This document shows, piece after piece, positions 1 through 10,374 of a stretch of 20,000 nt of DNA. Made by a program: the position numbers and the translations under genes. The DNA comes from Spirogloea muscicola (taxonomy: Eukaryota): assembly GCA_009602725.1 (NCBI GenBank), contig WELB01000016.1, positions 1,062,634 through 1,082,633 on the forward strand. The letters are read 5' to 3'. The notes beneath the pieces were generated by a model that was not told the origin of the DNA, made no database searches, and saw only the letters and a program-made list of their open reading frames with translations. Numbering within the stretch: the first letter of the stretch is position 1; each line of letters starts with the position of its first letter.

Positions 1-360
1 TTCTGCGGGAGGACTGGAAGCCCGTTCTTAGTGTCAACTCTATTATCTACGGGCTCCAGTACTTATTCCTGGTGAGTGTCAGTTGCACACACCGATGGCA
101 CCGGAAAGCCCATTGAAGCTCAACAGCTGACGTTTTCGTCAGCCATCAGTGATGTGAAGCCAGTGGGATATATGGGTTCTGAGCATGACCCAAGGCTCGG
201 TGCTCTGTGCTCTTGGCGACAGGATCCCAATCCCGATGACCCACTCAATCAGGAGGCTGCTGAGGTGCTGAGAGACAATCCCCGGCAGTTTGAGGCCAAT
301 GTGAGACGCTCAATGGCAGGTGGCTATGTTGGAGGCCAGCACTTTCCAAGGTGCATATAG
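1..360 (+). CDS. UBC12: NEDD8/RUB1-conjugating E2 enzyme (Ubc12/RCE1), last two exons, 5'-partial
   Basis: Exon 1-71 (frame from nt 3) encodes [27 protein letters not shown] intron 72-222. Exon 223-360 encodes [45 protein letters not shown]. The C-terminus matches plant RCE1/Ubc12 as recalled (...LRDNPKLFETNVRRAMTGGYVG..FFPRCI). Confidence 0.93.
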
Positions 361-1266
361 TGAGAGTCTGTTGGCACAAGTCTTCTATAATCGTCACATG
401 AACGGTTCAAGGGCTGAAGGCACGGAGCGCAGGCCCCATCAGCTTCAATCATCGTACACGTGTCTCTCATCATCTCCACACCTCTGCATGCTCTCAACTG
501 CCCCGGCTCTTGCAATGGATCTGATCCGGTCTGCCAATGGCCAGACGGTGAAGTCCTCGGCAGTCAACCCCCCTACCCCCTCACCCTCGCAGTCTAGTAG
601 AGTCCAACTTGCAGTCTCAGCAACCTCTCACATTATAGTCCACGAACTTTCTAATCTCTTGGGGCCCGTAGGCTATCACCTCTCCTTCCTGCTTGGCGAA
701 CCAATGCGTCCAGCACAACTGCAGCATCCTTGGGAGTGCAGAAGCATGGCGGGGCCAAGGCATGGCTCGGGGGTGTTGCATGTTAGACTTGATCCACTAG
801 ACACATGTCTCACTTGTTGCTCCTTAGGGCCTTTCCCGGTTTGGAGCACTGTTGACTTGCAGAGCCGCACCAGCCATTTGGTACGGCGACCTTCTGACCT
901 TTTTGCTGCAATTTGCCACATTGGCTTCCTGCTCAACACAGCAGCGATGTCATAGCCTGACATGCATGCACGTCGAGCCAGACATTTGCATGCCAACCAA
1001 GTGTGTAGCCACCCAATGACACCAGTATCTTTGTTGCCTAGTCACTGACTTCGAGCCCAACTGTCAATGACAACTGCGAGGTATTGATATTGACGCCCAG
1101 GTCCCCTGAGGACTTGCAGAAGCTACAATGTGGTGCCTGTCTTCATACACGCAGCATGCATGCGATCATCTTGCCCGCTCTAGCGGAATTCTAATTACTG
1201 CAGTCAGTCCAGTAATAGCCATGAAGTGGCCCTCTTAACAGATGCCGACGTGAATGTGGCTGGCAG

Positions 1267-4200
1267 TCAAACACCTTCACCTGCAAAGATTGTTGCGGCA
1301 GGCTGGTTGCGCCAGAAAACAGCGTACAGTGCGAGAATGAAGGAGGCCGAGGCTATAAACGCAAGCAGGGACTCTCTCCGCTCCATGTCGTCCACTTTTG
1401 CACTGCTTATTGTCAAGCAGCATTGATCCTTCAGTCAGACAAACGTCCAGGCAGCCCCAGGCAAGGGCATACAAGCATACAATCTTGAACAGCACTGATG
1501 ATGCAGGGGTTTGAGCAAGGCAATCCTGATGCTTCCACAAAACCTCCATACAGTCTCATTCAAGACGTCCAGCACAGCGGAAACGTGCCAACCGGAGGTT
1601 TTCAAAGTCTGCCAGTGATGCCATAAGCTCCACTTGCGTATCCTTTTCCAACGTGACAAGCTCTCCACTCCTCTCCTCCTGCCACAAGAGCTCACAAAGA
1701 CCATCTTGACAAGAACCGACGACAAGGCACAGGATCTATGACAACGTCAGGTACGGCGGAGCAACAAGCAACATAGTCACCTCAGCAAGCAAGCCTAGAG
1801 TTGAGGTGCCCCTCAACATTCAGACCCGCTGCTTCCATGGAAGCATAGTGAGCTTACCAGGGTATGCAGCCGGGAGGCAAGAGCCGAGATAGTATTGCTG
1901 GTGTTGCTTAGCGTCCTCTGCAATGCTGTCAACTCTGCGTCATACTCACTCAATGTGACTACATACTTTTCACTGAGGTTGTCTATATACTGGTTGACGA
2001 GGGACTGGTTGAGCTCCAATGATCTGATCCTCTGCATCAGCGTTTTGAAGATGTAGTCGCCCCCTGCACGTGCAGCCATCTGGCTGCCAGCTGACAAAAG
2101 GGTCTCATCTTTCATAGTAACGGGTTCCTGCTCAATGCCTGTCGTCACATTCTTGGTTGCCTCCTGAGCAAGTGGGAAGCTGCTGCCAGCATCGGTTACA
2201 TTGAATGCAGCTGGAACTTCAGCGCCTGCTTCACGCATGTCACCCTGTGCACCTGCCAGGACTTCAACTGGGAGCTCGTCCAGTGCGCCCGGAGGTTCAG
2301 TATGCTCTGGCTTTCTCATGTCCAAGGAGATCTGTGTGCTACCACCAGTATCCTCCACTAACGCCGGGGGCATTGCAATCAATTTCATGTCACTGTCCTC
2401 TGGCTGGACAGCTTCTGCTGCTGCGAAGTGGGCCTCCCCAGTAACCAGCATGTTCTGCACTGTCTGACTTTCAGCAGCATGTGCAACGAGCAAGCTAGCC
2501 CCGCCAATTGTGGCAGGTTCTGCGGCTGCAGAGCTCGGCAATGAAAATGCAGGGCTTCCCTTGGGGTCGTCAAGAGCTGCAAGGTCCTCTTTCAAGCTCT
2601 CTAGGGCGTCCACGCCGTGGACGCGGACGAGACTAAGCGTGCAGTAGAATTCACCACCATGGTAAGTCTCCAACCGCAGCTTGACATAGCGTGCCCACGC
2701 TTGAGCAGCCTCGGGCACCTCAAAAACCTGTAGAAGCCCATGTGTTGCTGTGTAAGGGCAAGCGGGCCTGCATCCACATCTATCATCCCTTTGCAACATG
2801 GAGTGAATCAACGTATATTATGTGAACCAGAGAAGCTTGCAGCAATGACCTGCGGCGTCCGAATGTTGAGCGCCGAGTAGTGACCAAGGGACTGCCAAGC
2901 TGCCGGTGGATGCTCCTGTGCTGCCTGCACTTCAAAGTCCTTGACGGAGGACGCGTAGTACTCAAAGTTGGAGATGACAACAGCATCCACGCGGGCTTCT
3001 TCACTGAGCTCGATGACCACAAACTTTTCGTCTGGGCCACAGAAGCTTCTTCATGAGAGTCTTGGTTGATCTCAGCAGATTATAATCAGCAGGAACGCAA
3101 TCTCACACAGCTCACACCCGCCTTAACCATGTCGCGGGCACTGCCCATCGCAAAATAGGCCATGGGCCTAGCACATGGCTGGGCATGACAGCTCCCCTTG
3201 TGCGCAGGGGCAGACGAGGCTCACCTGCAGAGCACGGGATGCGCAGGTACTTGTCCTTGTCTTCGTCAAGCACCGAGCTGGCACCCTTGGCCTCCTTGCT
3301 GTAGTCGATGACCTAGATAAAGGAGAGGCCTTGCAGGCCATGTCAGCTCCTTCCTCTCCACTCGCAGCACCTGGTGCTGCTGCCTAATGACAGCCTGCGG
3401 AAGGCCCTCTGACAGGCACTGACCTTAGCACCATGGGTAGCTGCAGCGTAGTTGTAGCGAGAGCCGTCGGTGCTGCTGCGCCTGGATGTCAGCTGCCGCA
3501 GAGGGCGGCTGTCCTTGGCGCCGGTGTCCAGTTGCTGCTGGAGAGCCCTCTTGAACTCATCCAGGCCGACGTGACGGAGCCTCAGTGGCCGGCCGGCTTC
3601 CGAAGCTGCCACGCTCTCGGCACCCCCTCGGCTCTCCTCGTCGGCAGTCGTCAGGGCAACAGCATGCCCCCCCGCACTCTGCTGCTCGCGTGACTGAACC
3701 GAGGTGGAGCTGCCTGTGCAGACGGCCTCCAGCCCATGCAGGAGGATGTCCAGGAGCACCCGCTCGCGAGGACCACCATCGTCCGGCAACCACGTGGCCA
3801 AGTCGGGGCAGTCCGTGAGCTCTGCCTGGCGGCCGAGCTCCAGGGGAGACACTGCGTCTTGCAGGACACAGGTGCCGCACTCGCTGGCGGCCAAGGGCGA
3901 CTGCGAGCTGTTCAGCTCGTTGGGCGTGCCGCTCTTGCGCCGGCGGGTGGTGTCCCCGTGGCAGCCGAGACTGGCGACGTCCGTGACGCGCAGAGTGGTG
4001 CCGGGCTTCTGCTGCTGCTGCCGCTGCCAGCTCGAGTGGCGCTCAGAGAGCTCGGGCCTCCAGCCGTTCTCGCCGCCGCGAGCAGCGGCGTCGTCGGCGG
4101 GCCTTCCCAGCGCCGCCTGCGGCAGCGCAACTGCAGCCGCGCTCCGGGGCCCGGCGCTGGGCGCCTCGAGGACGGCGTGGTCGACGGCCCGGCACTTGGG

Positions 4201-4286
4201 CAGGCTGGAAGGCGCGGCCGGGCGTGCGGCAGCGCGGGGCCCTGCGGCGGGCGAGCTGGGCGGCGTGTGCGGGGGCGCTGTGGAGG
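1267..4286 (-). CDS. Mid-SUN (Sad1/UNC-84) domain membrane protein, SUN3/4/5-Slp1/SUCO type; start lies in the N-gap
   Basis: Phase-consistent exons with GT-AG introns: 4286(gap)-3424, 3312-3225, 3031-2850, 2727-1858, 1678-1593, 1402-1267. They give [76 protein letters not shown]...ARYVKLRLETYHGGEFYCTLSLVRVHG (SUN domain). A coiled coil follows (IFKTLMQRIRSLELNQSLVNQYI), then a hydrophobic segment LLAFIASASFILALYAVFW. The 3' end is uncertain because a possible donor near 1280 could add further exons. Confidence 0.88.
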
Positions 4287-4900
4287 NNNNNNNNNNNNNN
4301 NNNNNNNNNNNNNNNNNNNNNNNNNNNNNNNNNNNNNNNNNNNNNNNNNNNNNNNNNNNNNNNNNNNNNNNNNNNNNNNNNNNNNNNNNNNNNNNNNNNN
4401 NNNNNNNNNNNNNNNNNNNNNNNNNNNNNNNNNNNNNNNNNNNNNNNNNNNNNNNNNNNNNNNNNNNNNNNNNNNNNNNNNNNNNNNNNNNNNNNNNNNN
4501 NNNNNNNNNNNNNNNNNNNNNNNNNNNNNNNNNNNNNNNNNNNNNNNNNNNNNNNNNNNNNNNNNNNNNNNNNNNNNNNNNNNNNNNNNNNNNNNNNNNN
4601 NNNNNNNNNNNNNNNNNNNNNNNNNNNNNNNNNNNNNNNNNNNNNNNNNNNNNNNNNNNNNNNNNNNNNNNNNNNNNNNNNNNNNNNNNNNNNNNNNNNN
4701 NNNNNNNNNNNNNNNNNNNNNNNNNNNNNNNNNNNNNNNNNNNNNNNNNNNNNNNNNNNNNNNNNNNNNNNNNNNNNNNNNNNNNNNNNNNNNNNNNNNN
4801 NNNNNNNNNNNNNNNNNNNNNNNNNNNNNNNNNNNNNNNNNNNNNNNNNNNNNNNNNNNNNNNNNNNNNNNNNNNNNNNNNNNNNNNNNNNNNNNNNNNN
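4287..4900. other. Assembly gap (614 N)
   Basis: Run of N flanked by very GC-rich sequence. It must contain the starts of the divergent SUN and F-box genes. Confidence 0.99.
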
Positions 4901-6118
4901 CGCCAAGCGCCTGCGCGGCGCGGCGGGAGCGCCGCCCGCCGGGCCCCCCCGCCCGCCGCAGCCCTGCGGCCTGGACGAGCTCTCCGACGAGCTGCTGTGC
5001 GCCGTGCTACGCGCCACCTCGTGGAGCGCGCAGTGCGTCGCCGACCTCGCCCTCGTCTCCCGCCGCTTCGCGCGCCTGGCGCGCACCGCCCTCTGGAAGG
5101 AGTTTTGCCTAGCCAAGGCGCCCAAGATGACGGCCCACCTGGCCTCCGCCCACGCCGCTGGCGACCTGGACGGCAGCTGGGCCGCGTTCGGCAAGATCAT
5201 CCGCTACTGCCCGGGCGCCTCCGCCAGCAAGTACTTCGACATCCGGGACTGCAGCCACCACCTCGACCGCCTCGGTGATCGCCTTTGCCCGCCGGACCGA
5301 GCTGGCAGACCCTGCTGCAGCACATGCAGACTGCCAGAGGCGAGATAGGCCCACCGGCACCTCGCTTGGTTGCAGCCCTCTCCACGGTGCAACAGCGTGC
5401 CATGTGCTGCCAGCTGCCGCGGTCTCTCGTTGTCGTTCTAGCCATTCGTACCGCGGTCACTGCGTGACTCTGTCGAGACCGATGCCTACAACGCCGTCTC
5501 ACCTAGCCCACTCACCCAGCCTTGGCCACGTCATGGTTGCAGGCAAGATCTTCTCGAAGAGCGCAGGGAGGCGGCTATTGCATGCACAATGCAGGAAGGA
5601 CGTGCTCTACGTGACTGAGACGTGCGAGCACCTCGAGAACGACGAGGACGTGGGCGTCTTCCGGGGCATGTTCAGAGACTGGCGCGGCTGCCGCACCAGG
5701 CGCATGCTTGAGGCCAGGAAAGCTGAACAGGTGGCTGGCCACACTAGCGAGATGGTCCCGCCCATGAATTTCGCACGTTGTCTCTGCGCGCCCCCCTCTG
5801 CATTGCACCACCTTTCCTCCAACATCAAGTGCCTGCTTCTGACTCGTCCTCCTTGACCCGCTCTGGCAGGAGGAGGGCAAGAAGTGCCCCTTTTGTGGCC
5901 TCGGCGTGTGGAGCATGGCAGGCGCAGACATGATCCCCACGACCATCTCCAAGACGCTAAATTGCTTTGAGGATGATGCCGACTACTTTGTGTGCAACAG
6001 CGGCCACCTGCATGGCGTATGCACGCTGAACGAGCCAGAGGAGGAGTCAGATGCAGCAGATCCTGCACCTGACGAGACTGCAGATGCTTCGGACGAGGAG
6101 AGGAAGCTTGTGCTCTGA
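4901..6118 (+). CDS. EID1-like F-box protein (EDL family); start lies in the N-gap
   Basis: Exons 4901(gap)-5274, 5543-5730 and 5870-6118 with GT-AG introns. F-box motif LDELSDELLCAVLR...LALVSRRFARLARTALWKEFC. EID1-family motifs GSWAAFGKIIRYCPG, FSKSAGRRLL..QCRKDVLYVTETCEH, DVGVFRGMF, CPFCGLGVWSM and YFVCNSGHLHGVCTL, then an acidic tail. Confidence 0.9.
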
Positions 6119-6414
6119 GCAGAGGCAGGTGAGCAGCCGAGGTCCGCGAGGGCGAGCAGACAGGCGACTACAGGCAGCATGTGTGGCACACGGTAAGCAG
6201 CAGCGCTCGCTGTACAAGTATACACTACAGGTCAGGTCATGCATCTGGCATGCAGCCGGCTGGTGGCATGTTACTGAGGCAGGGCGGAAACAATACCGCA
6301 CCAAGAGCCTCTTCAACGGGCTCGTGAAGCCCGTGCATCGCGGGACTTGAGCGTGCAATTAGATGCATCAGGAAGTAGGTACCAAGCATGGGATTCTTTA
6401 GAAGGCAGAAGCTT

Positions 6415-6479
6415 CTATGCAGCTGTGGTGGCGGGCAATTTTGATCGATCTCTAATCACCCGCCACTACAGCTGCATAG
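6415..6479. repeat. 21-bp inverted repeat (hairpin) with 23-nt loop
   Basis: CTATGCAGCTGTGGTGGCGGG (6415-6435) pairs with CCCGCCACTACAGCTGCATAG (6459-6479). The one mismatch is a G:U pair on the + strand transcript. Confidence 0.9.
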
Positions 6480-6769
6480 GCAGGGGCAGTGACCCTGCAA
6501 GCTCCGTCAATGCATGACTCGTGTTGCAACAAGGCTGAAGCCCGCGAGTCGAGCCACATACATTAAATCTGGAACATGCATCAGCAGCTGTCAAGGACAA
6601 ATACAGGATTGTTGCCCTTGCTGCACATGGTTGTCAAGAGCTACGAGGACAGTCAGGGCAGCGTTTGCCGTGCCTGTTTGTGAGTGCGTGCAGCTCGCTG
6701 CAGCTTCTGGGTCCCTTCAGCTGAGTGTCACAACTATTTTGGCAAGGGGAATTACACTTTCCAGCCCTC

Positions 6770-7380
6770 CGGCTCCTTTGCTCCCCAAGTCAGCCTGTTG
6801 GATCTGTATGTGCTCCACCTGTGGATACTATGGACTTCTCATCCAGCCGGCTTATGCACAGTCACCTCAAGCCCCCTCAGCATATGGCTTCGCTTTGTGT
6901 ATCCCCATCAGTGACAACCTTGAACACTGTATTGGCTTGGCTTGACCTGGCCTCCCTTACTTTGTTCCTTCTTTTTTTGGCTGGCTTTTCCAGCCCCTAT
7001 CCTCAATGGGCGAGCCCTTTCTTTCTTCTCTGGAGGAGCCACTTGTCGGCTCCCCCAGACCTTGTCCATTCCTTTGGACTGGCCTCTCCCAGCCACCAGT
7101 CAATCTGTCTGCGCTTTTCTTCAGCTTGCTTTAGCCTCATTTGAGCGCTTTCTCTGGCCCCTTCGAGGTTTGCTCGTTCTTTTTCCTGGGCTGGCCTCTC
7201 ACAGCCATCCGCCCTCTCCCGGAAGCGTCGTTTCTTCCAACACGTGTGCACCACGCGCGTTCTCACTTTCCTTGTTTCTCCGGACCTTGGCCACTCAGTG
7301 GCCGGGCTGGCCATTCACACTGTCACAGCCATCGCTACCTCCATAGTTCGGCCCCGTCGAACCTTGCCAATTCCTTTCGG
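6770..7380 (+). mobile_element. Degenerate C-terminal tip plus 3' UTR modules of a CRE-like non-LTR retrotransposon
   Basis: 6780-6830 (APQVSLLDLYVL..GY) resembles 19497-19550 on the minus strand (APQVSLSDLFVLSRGN*). 6919-6958 resembles the 74-bp module at 14350-14423 and 19371-19444 (minus). 7066-7115 resembles 14255-14305. Several GGGCTGGC..CAGCC hairpin motifs are present. Confidence 0.65.
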
Positions 7381-7381
7381 G

Positions 7382-8480
7382 CTGGCTGATCACAGCCCTT
7401 GCCTCCACGATCCCGTACGCAATGTGGAGGAAGGCTCCTTACCCTTCCAAGTGGATCTGAGGAGCATCCGTGACTCGTCAATCGGCTATTCCCTCTCTAT
7501 ACAACCCCTACTCACGCCAATCTCCGCCCTCGCCCAGGCTTCGGATAGAGGGACACAATCCAGACTGGTTACGGCAGTGGAAGATGAGCGCCGCAGAAGC
7601 TTGAGGAGGCTGCCAGAGATTCACAACAATCCAAGGAGCCTGGCAAGACTTACTTCCCTCGCCACACCTGGAGCCACAGACTGGATCACCTCACACGCCG
7701 TGGCCAGCGCCTTCAGCATCAGCTCCGAGGCCTTTCGGACGTTGCTTCAACTCTTCCTCGGCCTCCCACCTAAGTGCCTGATTGGGATGCGCCAGTGTGA
7801 GTGCGGCTTCCGCGCAGAGGGTGCTGAGCTCGCCACTCACATGCTGCGATGCTCCACTGGACCAGAGGTGGTGGGCATCCACAACCTCGTCTGTGATGCT
7901 CTGGCGGAGTGAAGAACATCATGCATATCACCACGGATGCCCAGGGACGTCATTGTCGCCGCACACTTGACATTGTGGGCGTGCAACCTGGTGGAGGACC
8001 ATGGGCATTGGTCGACGTTGTGGTTACGGAGGCCTACAAAGGTCCAGCATCGACACACATCGCTGGCCACGCAGTGGGCAGTGCTGAACAAAGAAAGTTG
8101 CAGCACTACTCCGATTACCCCCAATGTGATCAGCTCCTGCCAGCGGCAATCGACATCTTTGGCTGCTTAGGTCCTCGTTTTCTTACTCTCCTTCAAAACA
8201 TAGCCAATCTAGGCTACACACGACATGCAGATGTGTTCCCGGCTGAGATGGGCTTGCCAGCTGCATATCTGTCGTTCTCATGTCGACGAGTTTCGGCCTG
8301 TTTGCAGCGTGCTCAGGCTAATGCTTTGCACCAGAAAGCTGGGCGAGCTCTAGTTGGTGGCAAAAGGGCTCTCTACTGTAGGTTATGTAGGTCTTAAGAT
8401 GTGCTTGCCTTTGTACTTGGCCATTTGGCCTGCGTTTGTTTCAAATACACGAATTTGACCTTGCCCCCGTGGGGAGAGCC
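7382..8480 (+). mobile_element. 5'-truncated RLE-type (CRE-like) non-LTR retrotransposon, family B, with internal deletions
   Basis: Post-RT region GSLPFQVDLR...ARLTSLATPGATDW, CCHC knuckle CECG..HMLRC, GIHNLVCD, RLE core LDIV..LVDVVV, KLQHY, IDIFGCLG, RVSACLQRAQA. There is a frameshift/deletion at about 7910. 8022-8371 is nearly identical to the reverse complement of 19651-20000. Confidence 0.88.
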
Positions 8481-8486
8481 ACCTCG

Positions 8487-8575
8487 TCTTTCACAGCCAT
8501 CGCCATCTGCTGGAAGTGCCTCTCTTCTGTCACAGCCTGTTCTTCTGTCACAGCCATCGCCCTCGGCTGGCAACC
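8487..8575 (+). repeat. Imperfect short tandem repeat built on TCACAGCC(ATCGCC)
   Basis: TTTCACAGCCATCGCCATCTGCTGG, CTTCTGTCACAGCCTGTT and CTTCTGTCACAGCCATCGCCCTCGGCTGG. The same core occurs near 7199, 7322, 14818 and 14910. Confidence 0.65.
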
Positions 8576-8792
8576 TGCAAGCGCCTGCACCCCGAGGCTG
8601 CTGTCCGGGCACCACAGTGCTTCAGGCGCCACAGCCGTGTGCACTGTGGGGGCCTTGACTCGCGTCACGCACCGCGCTGCGAGGGGCGCCGCTGCGGCCG
8701 CGCTCGAGCAGCTGGCGGAGGCGCAAATGGGTCCGAGGCCGCGCGCTCCTGCGGGGCCTTGCAGCTGGGAGGAGGAGCACAGTCAGGCGGCC

Positions 8793-10374
8793 ATGCGGCA
8801 CCGGCGAAGCGTCGGCCCTTCCGCGCCTCCGCTGGCGTCGTCCCCCTCGCCGAGCGCCGCCTGTCGTTACCACCGCCAGCCCCTCGCTCGCCCCGGCCTC
8901 CTGCCTGGCCCGCCGCTTCTCCTCCTCCTCCTCCTCCACCTCCTCGTCGCCGCCGCTGCCGATGCCGCCGACGCCGCCGCCGCTGCTGGCGATGCCGCTT
9001 CCTCCGCTGTGGTCGCACACAGGTTGGCCTCCAGCCGGCGCTGCGCTCTCTGGTCTCCCCTCTAGCCGGCTCAGATCATCGCCCCAAAAGCTGGGGCGAT
9101 GATCTTTGCCGCCTGCCAAAGCATCCGCGGGGCATGGCGCCCTTTGAGGGCCGGCGGCTCGCGGTGGCGGCCAGAGGTCCCAGAGGCCCGGGTGGCTGCC
9201 GCTGGGACCCACAAGCGCAGATGCTGGTGCCGCTGTGCAGCGCCAGCGAGGGCAGCACCGACAGTGGCGCTACGGCGACGCGGTGCGCTCCGACCGGGCC
9301 CTGCGTGCACTGCGACGAGGCCGAGAAGGTGAGCTGCCAGTCAGTGGCCATCGCCGCCGCCGCCCCTTGGCGCACCAGCGCAAGCTGGCCGGACGATCCT
9401 GGGCCCCCGTCTTGAAGCTCAGGGGGCGCTCCCCTGGCACACGCTTTGCCACGCTTTGCTTTGCTCACTCCCCTGCTACCAGCCGTGCAGCCATTAGCTG
9501 GCTGCAAGGCTTGTTGGCGTGCACTGGGGACTTGGTCCTCCCTATCCACATCCTCTCGTAGTCAGGTCGCTAGAGGCACATGCATGGCGTGCACGATGGG
9601 CGTGCTCTGGCTGTACCACAGGAAGGGCAGACTCCGCTGCACCTGTCACTCAGCCAGTGGCCTTGACCAGATGGGAGTCTCTATTTGCCTCATGACGCCA
9701 CCTATGCTGGTGAGCAGGCCTCGGAGGCGGCGTGCGCCCTGACAGGCTACCACCAACCGGTTTCGTGCTTGGAGTATGCCAACCAGACCAACACGGACCC
9801 AGAGCGTGGACAGGGCAATGATAAGAGGAAGCTGGCAGAAGAGGAGCAGCTTGCCTCGTCCAGCAGCTGGATGGTGTTCCGACGCACGGCATCTACCCTT
9901 GCAAGAGACTTGCGCCGGTTGAGAGCAGATGAAGGTGTCAGCAGGACATACGAGACGTATCGGAGTTGCCTTCCATCTGAAACAGGCCTCAGCGTGCTCA
10001 GCTTTGAGGTGATCTTGCCAATGCCCACCCGACGCATTCCTGGCATGAACTCTTGCTCAGAGCCAGTGCATGCTGCCTGAGCAGTGCCTGAGCAGTGCAT
10101 GTACACAAAGGCTTGCGAGCTTGCAATACGGGTTGTCAAAGCTGTTCGCACCAGCTATGACGTCAATCAGCCAACTGACTCAGCAGCTGCTATGATGGGT
10201 TAGGATTTCAGACCTGGTGAGAAGTCTGACTTGGTCAGTCCCTGCTCTGTTGTGAAAGTCCAGGCATTGGTGCTCCTGACGCTAGGGATTTGCGGACCAC
10301 TTGTGTACCATAGACGGAGGCGGACCATGATGCTGGCAGGCATGACACGCGTCCCCAGCAGTACAAGATTCTAG
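8793..10374 (+). CDS. Conserved plant-type single-pass membrane protein with Cys motifs (JTB-like)
   Basis: Phase-consistent exons with GT-AG introns: 8793-9022 (alternative in-frame ATG at 8727), 9241-9328, 9718-10008, 10264-10374. The product has a signal-like PLLLLLLLHLLVAAAA, then RCAPTGPCVHCDEAEK-ASEAACALTGYHQPVSC, TYRSCLPSETGLSVLSFE, a TM segment ALVLLTLGICGPLVY, and HRRRRT...SSTRF*. This matches a recalled plant family pattern (C.P.GPCVPC..SEK...C..TGY..C / YRSC / LSVL.FE / RF*). Confidence 0.82.
9073..9105. repeat. Perfect 14-bp inverted repeat in intron 1 of the JTB-like gene
   Basis: AGATCATCGCCCCA-AAAGC-TGGGGCGATGATCT, extendable by CGGC/GCCG (9067-9111). Confidence 0.9.

Noticed and set aside
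320..996. ORFs 320..955 (+) and 676..996 (-)
   Set aside because: No recognisable motifs, and they lie in the convergent 3' region. 676..996 might hold an extra SUN exon, but I cannot support that.
3704..5348. Long ORFs of 374-524 aa spanning the first gap (and those spanning 13870-14200)
   Set aside because: They are artefacts of translating N runs in GC-rich DNA. The real frames belong to the SUN, F-box and GAE genes.
8622..9212. Minus-strand ORF with a poly-Glu/Gly tract
   Set aside because: It is the antisense shadow of the Leu/Ala-rich exon 1 of the JTB-like gene.
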